Assembly: GCA_040437565.1 (NCBI GenBank)
Contig: JBDOQK010000004.1
Span: 1 to 64,000, forward strand
Reading direction: 5' to 3'
Origin: Albugo candida
Lineage: Eukaryota
DNA: 64,000 bases
A program made the position numbers and the translations under genes. The notes beneath the pieces are model-generated. The model ran no database searches and was not told where the DNA came from. It saw only the letters and a list, made by a program, of their open reading frames with translations. Shown here in pieces: positions 1 through 12,537 of this stretch (positions within the stretch are counted from its first letter, which is position 1; each line of letters begins with the position of its first letter).

Positions 1-1980
1 ACCTGTGAAATTGGGCAAGATTTGATTGCATTAGTAACCTTACAAGTTTGATGTTGTCTCTACCAAACAAAACCTGAGTTGATATCACCAGCAGTAATGT
101 CAGCAACACGTGCGGAATTGAACGGTACGGAATAAGATGATGTGATCACACGTCGGATGACTCTTTATCTTTTACAGGATTCTGAAGAGGCTCGTGCGCC
201 GTGTAGGGATACGAAAAGTGTTCGTATATACATCCTCTTGCTCATCATGAAGCCGCAATACTCTTGGTTTGTAGAAATTGATACACAGTGCAAATAAATC
301 GCATTCTTCCTGGATTTTTGTGAGGGTCAACTGGCTCAATCGGCTTATATTCACCACTTGGTACTCTATTTGCAGATGCAGGAATTGACATAGTGTTGTA
401 AACCAAACTCGAATCTTTCAATCAAAATCCCGCGACAATGCATAATTGCATCAAATAGGTTCCGTCACCACAGCAATATTAAAAAAAGCTCAATATAAAA
501 TCCATTATCGATGTCCGGTACCGTTTGCACAGTATTAAGGTTATTTCACTGATGTGTGCTCAGAATGACTAAGAGAGCAAAGGATTGATTGGGACCCGTA
601 TATGTCAAGAGCAATTGATGCGACTGTACTATCCGTTCTGCTGTTATCGCAGTGCGATAAAATTTCTTCATGAAAGAGATGAATGCTCACAATATTAGCA
701 TACACGGATTTTATTAGGTTTGAATACGGCAGGCACGTGCTGAAGATCTGAAGCCTTCTTATTCTTGTTCTCACAATGTATGTGGGTCACCATACCGACA
801 AGGCCGTTATTATTAAAAAATCTAGCCACCGAATCAAACTCTCCCGACATGTTTGGAAGGACGCTCTCTGATACGCAGATGTCGGATGCCACCAGCGTAG
901 CTACCGATTATCCCAGCGTCCAAGAAATAGCATCTCAGACAGAGCGTAATCGCCTGATTCAGTTCAGAAGAGTCCAACTTTATGTCGGCCTATTTTCACC
1001 CTGCCAGAAAAGCGAAAATTACATCAGCACTTTTGCATTTATTGACTCATAATTGTAAACGCGCAGTCATCCGTCTTTCTCATGATTTCTCTCGTTGCTT
1101 TTGGAGCATCAGCATCAATATCAGCCTTCCTATTCTAGCTACCACCTCCACTGCCATCAGTCACCAGCTATTTCGTCTCCATTAGTGCATTTTCGTACTT
1201 TATCATATGCCGAGTCAATTTGAGGATTCTAGTTCGATTATTATAATTGCTTGGTAAGCAGGTTTTATGATCCCCATTCAAACATCCCAAGTGCGTGGGA
1301 AAGTAGGTTTTCCTGTCATCATTCGAATATTCTGAGTGCACGGTCAAGTTGAGCGTCGTACCCTAAACTTGGGAAGCGCTCTTGGTGTCGACTGCTGCCT
1401 TCAGTGAGGGTGGATGGACTGAAACCACAAACCCTTGCAAACGAGTACGAAGTTGACTGAAACGTCTAGTGTCGGTGTGGAACATCCCACGTTTCAACCC
1501 TAAGTTAACAAAACGATCATTCCGAATATATCAAGAGAATGCTCTGAGAGAAACTGCTCCAAAACATGTCGTGTGGTTATGTGGTCGACTGGCTTCACCT
1601 ATTCGCTGCAGCTGCAAACGCCCAATAAGGTGACTGCTCAAGTACTGACTATCTCTGACACGGCTCTGACTTGGAATTCTCTGATCGTGGAGTTATATGA
1701 CGATACTGAGTATCTGGGCTACATGGCGATCTGGATTATTAGATCAAAGAAATATGTCATTCTTGCCAACTCCGAGGGTTAAGCAAAAATGTCTCCCGTT
1801 AGAAAGTTCGAAAAGTTAGTGCAAAGCGATCGTTGTAATATAGGCGACTTTCTGAGAGTGGGACCGAAGCTGAACACATTCCTGCAACGGGAAAGTTGCT
1901 TTGTCCAATGATGAAAACGGTGACTTCAATCATTTCCAATTTCACCTACAACACACAACAACTTAAACGTAGTCATCATA

Positions 1981-2547
1981 ATGTCCTGTACACATCGCTT
2001 GTATAGCAGCCGAATTGGTTTTTTATCTATGATCGCGTGTGGAGCAGTAATTCAGATGGCTGCTTCTACGCTTGTGTGTAGAACATTTGAACCCCTCGCC
2101 ACCCACTTTATCATTTCACAAATTGGAAACAAAGAACGCAAAGTCTTCCATATGTGGGGCACATGTCTTGGACAAGAAAATTATAAGAACTTTTACAATT
2201 ATAAAGTTGATGAAACACATAATATTTGGCTTGGAAAAAACTTCACTGCGACGGAAGAAGCAGTCAACAATTGTAAAAAGAACTTGAATGTGGGCTCGAA
2301 TGTGAACTTGGATGTGGAATTGCAAGTCATTTCGTTCATGGAATACGATTTGGTTATGAATGAAGCACTACGGAATCCCCTGTACGTCATGCCAGCTCGG
2401 ATTCGCCATGGACAGTATTCTCAAGTGAAAGATCTCTGTTGGGAAAAGAAGATTGTGGCCGTGCGAAAGATTTTCTTAAAGTTGGGAAACAAAATCAAAG
2501 GAAAAAATAGCCCAAAGTTGATAATCCACTCAAAGGAGCTCGACTGA
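1981..2547 (+). CDS. Intronless 188-aa putative secreted protein (effector candidate)
   Basis: Clean ATG-to-stop ORF; hydrophobic N-terminal stretch GFLSMIACGAVIQMAAS resembles a signal peptide; lies in the gene-sparse first 4.2 kb; no recognisable domain. Confidence 0.55.
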   Translation: MSCTHRLYSSRIGFLSMIACGAVIQMAASTLVCRTFEPLATHFIISQIGNKERKVFHMWGTCLGQENYKNFYNYKVDETHNIWLGKNFTATEEAVNNCKKNLNVGSNVNLDVELQVISFMEYDLVMNEALRNPLYVMPARIRHGQYSQVKDLCWEKKIVAVRKIFLKLGNKIKGKNSPKLIIHSKELD

Positions 2548-3365
2548 ACCGCTTTTGAATACAAAGAAAGAAAAATGCTTTGACTATTCTATTCTTATTC
2601 CCATGGACTCTAGAAGAAATTGCGACACAGACTCAACTGCGGTACATCGCAACGTGCCTTTGAGAAATAATGTCATCATTCGCATACCTTCCGACATTTT
2701 CTGTCCACATCGATAGTGACGTACAAGTCTCGAGGTAGACGATTGCTACGCTAAACGTTTGAAAGGGTCATAAGGTGACGAGAGTAATGAGAAGACTGGG
2801 AAGTATTGTCTAATTATCGAAATAGGTCACTACACAACATAAGCGTGCGGATGTTTCAGACAGAGGGGGAAATCCACAGTTGAAGGATAGAAACAAGGCC
2901 TCTATGTAAATTCAAGCTCACGCCTTACATCTTACAAGATGAATCGCCTCCAGCACGCTGACTATAAAAGGTTGATGATTTACATACATCGAAAATAGGA
3001 TAACAGGGAGTCGCTATAGCTTGTTACACCAGCTCACGATATGTAGGTAGTGTAAGGAGTGACATAGTGAAACTGAAGCAATTCTTGCTGCACTGATAAT
3101 ATTTTCCTTTTTCTAGGAATTACAGGCTGCTTTGTTCTATGGAAATGCGCCAACCAAGTTGTTTGAACGATAATTCGATTGACAGCATGGCCGTATTGAC
3201 CGGACACACGTACTTGATCGAAAAAGTATTAAATGCGTAGTGACCACTGATAAAAAACTCACTGAAGTCTTGTCGCAATGAATCGACGAGCATTACAACA
3301 AGCAGCCACCAATCCTTTTCTAGACGAGAGGCACTGCCTGAACAGAATGTCATTTGCAAGAAAGC

Positions 3366-3409
3366 CATCGTTACCTTGTAGTTAGATGAATGACTACAAG
3401 GTAACGATG
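3366..3409. repeat. Perfect 17-bp inverted repeat with 10-nt spacer
   Basis: catcgttaccttgtagt (3366-3382) is the exact reverse complement of actacaaggtaacgatg (3393-3409). Confidence 0.95.
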
Positions 3410-3720
3410 ATCACGGTGCTCTGCAGATGTATACGACATCGTTCATGCGGACAGTGAAAAGCGAAGAATCGGTGTATCAGCGAACTGAATATATCGAATT
3501 GGCTTCACAGGCTGCTAAGACACTGTTGAAGCATAAGCAAGCAAGTGCGGCAGCCGAAATAGCTAACTCAATGCTCACCGTCTTTCAGATTATCAATGCA
3601 CAAATGATGAGTATAGAAAAAGTTCGCGGCCATTTTTACTGAACTCTGCAGAGGATCAGAAAATCACAGAACGATAAGAACGCTTCAGATCAAGTGAAAT
3701 GGTATTTGCCGCATAGCCAG
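3394..3720 (+). pseudogene. Degenerate fragment resembling the GET4 (Golgi-to-ER traffic 4) N-terminus
   Basis: Translation LQGNDDHGALQMYTTSFMRTVKS...IELASQAAKTLLKHKQASAAAEIANSMLTVF resembles the GET4 pattern G.YY.A.QMY.T...R...A..LL.H.Q..AA.L; an in-frame stop precedes it, the frame stops at 3642, and the remainder is decayed. Confidence 0.5.
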
Positions 3721-4289
3721 CGCTCTATCAAACAACCGAATCAAACTTTCCACCAGCAGCACCTCCGTCTGTTCTTTAACTTGCAGCGTGCGACAGCAAC
3801 TTGACGATTTGCAGGAATCAGCGCCACGCATCTTCCACGGCTTTATATTATTATTTACTTACAATAGCTGTTGGAGTGATAGCTGGAGACTTTGTCGGCA
3901 TATTTAGCACCTCTTATCTGATGCATTGAAAAAGAAAGAGGCTCAATGCTGCAAACTCGCACTCGATACTTGTATTTCTGTGTTGTTATAGTCAAAAATA
4001 ATACAGCGGTGTCAGTGGCACATGGCAACATAAACACCCTCGATCATGACTGTGCCCTCCACCTGCTTGACTTTGCTTAGTCTACAGCGAATAAAGTGAT
4101 AAGCGGATGAATACTTAAAATTTTATCATCACCTCAAAGCATGATACGGAAGCTCGACGGTCACATTGACATCCAATAGCAGCTTCTGATACGGGAATTG
4201 ACGGAATTGGGGTCCAAGGCGTCAGTCAATTCTCAAAGTGCGAGTTGTATGCCGGCCATTTGAATGGTAAAAGCTCGGCAGCTGTGTGG

Positions 4290-5970
4290 TCATTTTCCGA
4301 TACAGAATTCCTGAAAGATGACGTCTAACACTTGCTCTACATCCACGCGGCCGAGGATACGGCCAATACAATCAACCGCGCGACGCAAATGCTCTGCTGC
4401 AAACTCGCTTTCGTACGGATTGGCAAGAAACTCCTGCAGATAAGCAGTACAGTTCTCAAGATGTTGGCGATGACGTTCGCGTGTGATGATGCTTGCATCC
4501 GGCGACGATACTTTGGCTTGGACGCTTTCTCCAATTGTTTCGATTAGAGCGTCGATGCCGCTTCCTTTCAAACAAGAAATAAATTGAATACGCTCTGCTG
4601 AAATTGATGAGCGACTTGCAATCGACCGCCGAAGGTCCTCCAATGTGGATGCATCGTCTATCAAATCGCTTTTGTTGCACACAATGATCGTGTTTGCGTT
4701 CTCCACTTTTCCGAGATCTTCCCATTCGCTTTGGAACAACTAAACAGAGGATTTGGATGCTAAATAATTCGAGCACATAGGCAGAATCGCGGACGTACCT
4801 CTCCATCGACCATCAGTAAGCGAATGTCAGCCTCTTCTGCACACTCGCGTGCCCGTTCGACACCAATTTTTTCAATCACATTATCTGTTTCTCGTATTCC
4901 TGCTGTGTCGCACAAAACAACTGCATATCCTTTCAAATTCAGGGGCACTCGCACAATATCACGTGTGGTGCCCGCAATGGATGAAACGATCGCAGCAGGT
5001 CGTTGAGCAAGGTAATTCAAAAGACTACTTTTCCCGGCATTTGGTGGTCCAATAATGGCGACTTGAATACCATTCCGAAGTAATTCTCCTCTCCTTCCAT
5101 CGTTCAAGTGGTATTTCATACGTGACTGCAGGTCCTTTGCACGTTCGACCATTTTCGCATATGAGGAGTCAGTGACATCATCTTCGTCATCACCAAAATC
5201 TATCATGGCTTCCGTATACGCAAGAAAAGTGATAAGAGATTGCTGCCATTTTTCGAATGTCTCTCCATTGCGACCCGATAGCTGTCGTAGCGCTTGCGAT
5301 CTCTGAGACTCTGTTTCGGCACTCAAAAGGTCTGCTAGCGCTTCCACTTGCATGAGGTTCATTTTCTGATTTTCAAATGCTCGCTCAGTGAACTCGCCAG
5401 GCTCAGCGATTCGGTACCGCTATATAGAATTGATAGAACGATATATCGTTGGATGATGGACGTACTGGAACTGTTGATAACGCTTGTAATACACCAGAAA
5501 TCACAGCCGAACTCCCGTGAACCTGAAATTCAATGGTATCCTCCCCTGTGAAGCTTTATATATTGTTAGAGATGATTGTATTGTAACTAATAATAATATC
5601 GCATACCTTTTTGGTTCGGGAAAATGGAGAACAACGGCGTCGTCTAAATGCTCTTTAGTGACGGGATGATAGAGTTTGCGAAATGTCGCTCTGATAAAAT
5701 TATGGCAATCAAATGGTATGGGGACTGCTTCAACGTACTATACATTCTAGGTGCAAGTGCGGATTGCTTGGTTTGTTTACTGAGAGCATCGACGCACTGT
5801 GTTGCATCAGGACCTGATACACGAATGATTCCAACACCTGCACGTCCTTGAGCTGTAGATAAAGCGAAGATAGTGTCGTTTCGAGCGCGTTCCTTCATCG
5901 AGCACGTCCATCGAGCACAACTGAAGCGACTGGCTTTCGAAGCTGTATGGCGTATATTCATCATAATCAT
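4290..5970 (-). CDS. GTPBP3: tRNA modification GTPase MnmE/TrmE (mitochondrial GTPBP3/MSS1), multi-exon
   Basis: [47 protein letters not shown]1 [13 protein letters not shown]2 GTTRD; G3 DTAGIR; NKSD; C-terminal FCIGK; basic N-terminus consistent with a transit peptide. Confidence 0.95.
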
Positions 5971-6014
5971 ACTTCTACGTGCTCTGTATTTCACAGAATA
6001 CAAGGCCCCTTCAC

Positions 6015-6227
6015 TGATTGGCTGAAGTAGCCGATCAAAAATGGACTTTTGACACAAGTTGCGTTGCGGTAACGATAAGTACGGCGTCATTGATAATGTG
6101 AACGTCTTAAAGGCATCAGAAAAAGAAGGATTTTGATTGGTTCGGCTGGCGCAGCAACCATTCACAATCTTGAATACCGAAGGGGAATTTGTAGCTCTGT
6201 TATGACATGTAACCGATCTTTGATTGG
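6015..6227. promoter_or_regulatory. Three CCAAT boxes (TGATTGG) upstream of MnmE
   Basis: TGATTGG at 6015-6021, 6134-6140 and 6221-6227; the same heptamer recurs upstream of several other genes. Confidence 0.45.
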
Positions 6228-6753
6228 TGGAATTTAATGTGAAGACTACAAAAATGCTAGCATCATTCTGCGGGACATAAAAACCGGTCCATATGGCGTC
6301 AATGCTTTCAAAACACTGAGTCTTGACGTTTTTGATAAACTCGAGCAATTTTAAGGACTGGACGATGCTCGTTGTGGAATGCTGCGAATGCTGAAGAAAA
6401 GCGAGCTATAGGATTCTTTTCCTGTAATAATTACAAATAAGCAGGATCTCACAAATGCAATAGGTTCGACAGAAGAATTGTTTCTCCCCGCCTTTAGTCA
6501 TCGTCGGTGGTTTCTCCAAGCGATCAGCGATGATGGCTATGCGAGAGTGAATCGGTTTCATGCAAATTTTGAGGATAATAATAATCGGAATTTATTCTAC
6601 ATGCAGAGAGCATATGGATTCTGTAATGAATCCACGCGATGAGACTTTTCATGCTGAAACGAAGATTGATTGTATTTGGAGTCGACCAAAGTAAAGTTTT
6701 GTTTCTTAACTGTCTTGCTATCAACACTAGTAATGCTCGCTATGATTCAGCTA

Positions 6754-7222
6754 TCACGGCGTTTCTCCCAGCATGAGATTGACTCGTTTCATTATATAGT
6801 CTTTGGACGGGTCATACGGCGAATCTTTGCTTGGAATCTCTAATATTGTAGGAATAGTTTTGTCATAAGCTGTTAATAAGTGACGAATTTCTTCTGCAAT
6901 CTACATCGCAGAGCAAAGCGACAATGAGCGTACTTCAGCTGAATCGATCGCAAATACATGCCTGTTGAGTGATTAGTAGAATGGCTATATCATCCCGTGT
7001 GGTCAGCGTCCGAAATGTCGATTCAATCACCGAAATTGGTGTATCTGAAAACGGCAAAAAAAGTGAGCTTCTCGCGCAAAATAAATCACACAAAAGAGTA
7101 CTCGAATTTACAACAAGGAAATTGCATCCTTCTGCAGTGCGATGTCCTATTCCCGCCAATATAAAGCCTGTAACAGTGTCCTCATCGCCAATGACGGCGA
7201 CCAGCTTTGTTCCGTCACTCAT
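6754..7222 (-). CDS. ATP6V1F: V-type ATPase subunit F, two introns
   Basis: LVAVIGDEDTVTGFILAGIG; RDDIAILLITQ; last exon IPTILEIPSKDSPYDPSKDYIMKRV; stop at 6754. Confidence 0.95.
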
Positions 7223-7429
7223 ATCTTTAAGTCAACTTTAGCGTACTTTATCGTACTTATCACGACAGCTGATATTNNNNNNNNNNNNNNNNNNNNNNNN
7301 NNNNNNNNNNNNNNNNNNNNNNNNNNNNNNNNNNNNNNNNNNNNNNNNNNNNNNNNNNNNNNNNNNNNNNNNNNNNACGACAGCTGATATTCGTACTTTA
7401 CAAAGTACATGTTGGTACTTTAACGAGAC

Positions 7430-8784
7430 ATGACCGCCCTGACGAATCATTCAAACAACTCTCGCTTGCTTCAAGGGCTTTTACCGCGTGAAACAGCGAC
7501 CGGAGAACCAAAAACGATTGCTCAGTACTACAATGCAGTGTCTAATCTGGTTGAAATCAATAGAAAGATTACAAAGCAACGGTATGCATGCAGAATCTCG
7601 TAAACAAAAATCATCTCAGCAAACCTGTGCGGCAGAAAATATAATCTAATACGTCGCTTCAAAGCATGCTATCACGGCTATGAATCCGTTATTAACCGAA
7701 CAAAAAGGGTGGACTCAAGGTGTAGTCTCTCTCTCTCTATTACTTTCAACAACCACGCACATTATCACAACTATCGGTAGATTTATCGCACAAACAAACG
7801 GAAGCAACAAATACTACCGGACCAGCAATCTGATACCAACAAGCAATCTAATTCCGGGAACTGAATTGAATGCATCGCCTTTAGGAGTCCGCCCAAACAT
7901 AGCCAACGCCGCTTTGCAGGCGCAAATACAGCAACGAACAGCCACATTGAAGCCTGTCCCACGCACGTAGAGCGTTTTTACTTGATCACTCCATCGGCGC
8001 TCACAGTACCGCGCTCTTATCATAGCATCCACAGACCCCGGTACCAAGACCTCCAGTCAAATTAATCCGATTTACCTCAAGCGATCAGACTATCGAATTG
8101 GAGCAACCGTTATGATCAGAGTATGCAGAGCACATTTTATAATTGTTATTTGATAACAGTCACTCACGTTTCGTCATGCAAAGCACACAGCAGATCTAGT
8201 AGCTTGCGGGGCACGCCAGCTTGTTGGAAAATCGGTATTTGTCAATTCATTACTAAAACATCTCGGTCTAAGTTCGGTTGATTCAGGGTCGAATCGTGAC
8301 GACACCACAAGTATACGGACAGGAATTGTACTCGGTTTATATAGACGAACATGAAGCACTTTTCCATGTACCGTTCAATTCGCTGGTTCTTGTCGGTGCA
8401 CCTAGAGAGTCTCCCCCACCAGCAGTGTCGGTAAGATGTGCGAAACGCACCTATGCGTTTCCTCTTAAGCAATATGGTACTTAGGCTGCGACGAGTACAA
8501 CAACCAGTACTGCTTCGTCCTACACACAGCCAACATCCAATTCAACTAGTAAAACCTCATTGGAGGAGACGAAATTGGAGCACTCGTTGCAGCTACATCG
8601 ACTGATGCAACAACAATATCGCGAAATTCAAGTGTTACAGCAACAGTACGCAGAAAGTAGAGTAATCAATCCCAGCGCTCTTCCAGCAATACAAAAAGAG
8701 CTGTCAAAGCTGCGATTAGTCCATTTGGCGCAAGTACAAACTTTAAAGAGCAAACAAGCTTTGGATTTATTAGGAAAGCAATAA
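7430..8784 (+). CDS. Hypothetical multi-exon protein with C-terminal coiled coil
   Basis: ATG at 7430, chain of plus-strand ORF pieces bounded by GT/AG sites, last exon Q/L/E-rich; exon boundaries not resolved. Confidence 0.5.
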
Positions 8785-8901
8785 TACTTAGTATTATGTG
8801 GTAGCCACTATTTGTAGCACCGTTTTGATTGATCAAAAGCTTATCTTTCTACCAATCAGCATCTTAGAGTCAGTCTTCATGTGTATAGCGCGCACACGAA
8901 G

Positions 8902-9825
8902 ATGAACTCAAACCCACTCTCAAGCAAGCTGGAAAAATGGAAAATTTGGCAGTATCAGGATCATCAGCATGAACCATGGGATGCGCAGCCCGCCTGTTAT
9001 TTGACTGATTTCATTCTCGCGCTACAAATGGCTTTGAACGTGTACAAGCTGTATCAACCTCATCCGATGCAGCATTTACATCGTGTCTGGTATACATTAT
9101 TTTTCGCAACGATGGGTATAGCGGCTTTTATTGGAGGTATACTTCATTTATATGCGAATGATCTATACACAGCCTTGCGCCATGAAGACTCGGAACAATT
9201 GACCTTACTGACAAAATTGCATATCTTTGGGTATTTCTCTGTGAAGGCTTCTCGAGTAGCATTAGACTCTTATATCTGGCTTCTTTGGCGAATCGTATTG
9301 ATCACTTTTGGAATGAATGCATACAGTCTTATATGCTGGACAGCAAGACGCCATCTACCGGCAGAAAAAGCTACGTATGTGCTTGGAGGATTTGGGCTAC
9401 TATACTTTATGATCGTTGTGCTGGCGCTTTACACAATGAATGCTGTCATGCTTTTATTCGGTTCTATACCTGCATTATGCTTTGGTGTACACAGTGTTAT
9501 ACAAGCTTGGAAACGATATAAAGTGGAAAGTGTACTGACAAGCGACGAATTCGAGCGAATCACTACTGCTGAATCTGACGAGTTTCGATACGACCGCAAG
9601 ATATTGCTGCTCGAAGGACTGATTTATGGTATATTTCTGGTCAGTTCCGCATGTCAAGCTGGCCGAGTAAGTCCGAGTAATCACTACTTCAATCACAACG
9701 CATTGAGTCATGTACTCACTGGCGTTGCCGCGCACTTGATGCTGCTCCATTATTACCGCAGCTGTATTTTAATGTCCACTACGATGAGTATAAGTAATAC
9801 TTCGAAAGATTCAAAGGCGTGCTAG
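8902..9825 (+). CDS. Intronless multi-pass membrane protein, DUF6962/CREST-like
   Basis: About 7 hydrophobic segments; motifs QPACYLTDFILA, GGILH and FNHNALSH. Confidence 0.7.
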   Translation: MNSNPLSSKLEKWKIWQYQDHQHEPWDAQPACYLTDFILALQMALNVYKLYQPHPMQHLHRVWYTLFFATMGIAAFIGGILHLYANDLYTALRHEDSEQLTLLTKLHIFGYFSVKASRVALDSYIWLLWRIVLITFGMNAYSLICWTARRHLPAEKATYVLGGFGLLYFMIVVLALYTMNAVMLLFGSIPALCFGVHSVIQAWKRYKVESVLTSDEFERITTAESDEFRYDRKILLLEGLIYGIFLVSSACQAGRVSPSNHYFNHNALSHVLTGVAAHLMLLHYYRSCILMSTTMSISNTSKDSKAC

Positions 9826-11061
9826 GGAAAAGATATTTCATGTCATGTTATAGTCATGACTCGATAGACTTTTTGTTTGAATGAATTATCTGGACAATAG
9901 ACGCTGGTTGGAATCGCGAAGAAAATATATGTCACCCTTCAAACGGATGAATCATTCTCCAGGGACGCAATTACAAAGAGTGCTGGTGGATTAATAAGCA
10001 TAAAAATTGCTTGCACTCAGAAAAGGAAAAAAACCAGAAACAGTGCGGCTTCATCGTGTCAACAACATTCTCGGCCACTGTAAAATGTGATTAGCAAGAA
10101 AGCAATTATTTCCCTCGTCGCTTTTCGCTTTGTAATTGTGATATTCCTTTTGAAGAGAAGTTGTTGTACGTAATTCTGTCGTCTTTGTGTCGCTTTGATG
10201 CAATTGATAGAAACGCGTATTTTTACTCGACGTTTCAGAATATCGAGTGCTTTTGACAAAATTGTGACGGAAGGAAGTCATTGGGTAGTATAGCCACAGT
10301 GAAAACTTCAGTAAGGTGTGAATCGAATGAATGCTTCTAAGGTATCAATTTTAACATAAACATAACTGTGGGCACCGAATCCAAATGACAAAACACTCGC
10401 ACTTCAATCACTCGAGAGTTATAGTTGCCAGCAAGCAAAAAAAGAAAAGTAAGGAGTTATATCTCCCACAGGATCCTTGTCAATAACTTCAAATCTATCG
10501 TTGCTGAAAAGATTACAAATGCAATGTGGAAACAACATAAAAATTGATTGAAAGAAAGCGATATCCTACCTCCAAATCGATTACGCACATTCATCATTTC
10601 CTAAAACGGCTCATTACGCCAAAAACGTCAGATTTCTTTGTTACCGTCCGATACACTCGAAATTTATTATATGTGTCGTAGTGTTTGCATATCAATTATT
10701 CTCACTAATTAGTTCAAAAATTGCTTCAAAACTTGACGTTTGTAATCCCACGCTTCAGAGTTGGCTGCTTGTAGTTGTTCATACAATTTACGTATTTCTT
10801 CCTTCAGAGGCTGCATGTCTTCCTGTCGCGCTTTTGTATCGATATGAGCGTGCCATTGATGAAATTTAANNNNNNNNNNNNNNNNNNNNNNNNNNNNNNN
10901 NNNNNNNNNNNNNNNNNNNNNNNNNNNNNNNNNNNNNNNNNNNNNNNNNNNNNNNNNNNNNNNNNNNNNCGCCAAAAACGTCAGATTTCTTTGTTACCGT
11001 CCGATACACTCGAAATTTATTATATGTGTCGTAGTGTTTGCATATCAATTATTCTCACTAA

Positions 11062-12461
11062 TTAGTTCAAAAATTGCTTCAAAACTTGACGTTTGTAATC
11101 CCACGCTTCAGAGTTGGCTGCTTGTAGTTGTTCATACAATTTACGTATTTCTTCCTTCAGAGGCTGCATGTCTTCCTGTCGCGCTTTTGTATCGATATGA
11201 GCGTGCCATTGATGAAATTTAACGCCCTTGCGCGTTGTCTGCGTACAAGAAAGTTTTTTTTTGTTAGTCACGACATGAGCCTATGATCCTATGATCCTAC
11301 CATCATCGCTCGCAGTACGTTTGCCAGTCGCTCGGCACCAAGCATACGGTTCCAGAAGCTGGATGTATGTTGATGTTTCCTATATATTTCCAAAAGCTGT
11401 ACATTGCTTCTCCAAAGGTGGAATCGGCGCTGAAGTCGTCTTTGATTTCCATACTTGAGCAAACGAGTGATCTGATGTATTTTGTCGCAGCTTGCTAGCG
11501 ATTGCTTTGTTGGTCGAACTTGCCATCGTATAAAAGCGGAATAAACACTTCGTTGGTCAATACTATGTCGAAGTAGAATCAATTTACGGAGACTTTCTGT
11601 GCGACGGGATCGCATCATCTCAACTTGCAGCCGTACCACGACGTCCTCGAGCTGCTGGATGCTCAGATTGCTTTGATCGAGTCCATTTGCTATAATAGAG
11701 TTTTCGCCAGTCAAATGGCTGTCATCATTCTCAGAGCTTTTGCTGACCGCCTCCTGTTCTTTGCTTGCTCGTACAATTTCGGGGTGCCTTAAATTACTCA
11801 AAGTAGCGGTGTCAAGTGGATCTGAAGTAAGAGGTTACATTGATGGGATAAAAGTCATAAAAAAAATTGCAGTACCTTTTTTAGTGTAAAAGCTTCCATC
11901 GCGATAACAAGTTGCATCTTTCTTTTTGGCGTTAATTAGCGTCACTTGATGCTCCAATTTCATCGCTTTACACATTGCATTCTTCCGTGCAAGCTCTATT
12001 TCTTGGTAACCCAGCTCTAATTCATGGACTTTCTTCTCTAACTCTACTATTGTGGTATTTTTTTCACTACATTCCAAAATCTTCCGCTCATTTTGAGCTT
12101 GTAGTTCTTCCAATGACTGACTCAGCTTGCTTAATGCGAGTTCCAAGAGCTCAATTCGACGTTTTTTTGACGCAAGTTTTGATTTTTGCAGATACGTTTT
12201 TTCCCTAAGTAGCTCATTTTCATCTTCCAACTCTTTTCTATCTATCTCAAGTGTCATGACATATTGAGCAGGCTCGTCAGCACCAATTGCTTCGACTTTT
12301 TCCTTTTGTGTCTCCTCACCATCCAATGTGTTTTTATCAGTGTTGTAATAGAAAAAATATTCAGCATTAGTGTTTTTATTGTCCTTATCATCGATATTGC
12401 TGATCATCCCCTTCTCTGCTCGAATACTGGGTAATGGCATGCGTCCACCAGGATGGCTCAT
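11062..12461 (-). CDS. Hypothetical coiled-coil protein, multi-exon
   Basis: Consecutive minus-strand ORFs 11835-12461, 11289-11801 and 11062-11271, E/K/L-rich heptads; two CCAAT boxes just upstream. Confidence 0.65.
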
Positions 12462-12500
12462 TTTAGTGTCTTTTGAAGATCGCTAATGCAGCTATGTGTA

Positions 12501-12537
12501 TGATTGGTTTATAAGGAGGTTGTTCCGAGTTGATTGG
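12501..12537. promoter_or_regulatory. Tandem CCAAT boxes 30 nt apart
   Basis: TGATTGG at 12501-12507 and 12531-12537, 40-76 nt upstream of the ATG at 12461. Confidence 0.5.

Noticed and set aside
1-1900. Short ORFs and possible decayed genes
   Set aside because: No recognisable motif or consistent splice model
5971-6348. 126-aa N-terminal extension of MnmE in the ORF track
   Set aside because: Starts at a non-ATG codon and runs through three CCAAT boxes; ATG at 5970 gives a normal transit-peptide-like start
9900-10600. Possible small spliced gene (DRFEVIDKDP recalls RPB8)
   Set aside because: Similarity does not continue and frames close quickly
10617-11222. Apparent 253-bp tandem duplication of a gene 3' end
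   Set aside because: Identical copies abut a 100-N gap; unmerged contig overlap
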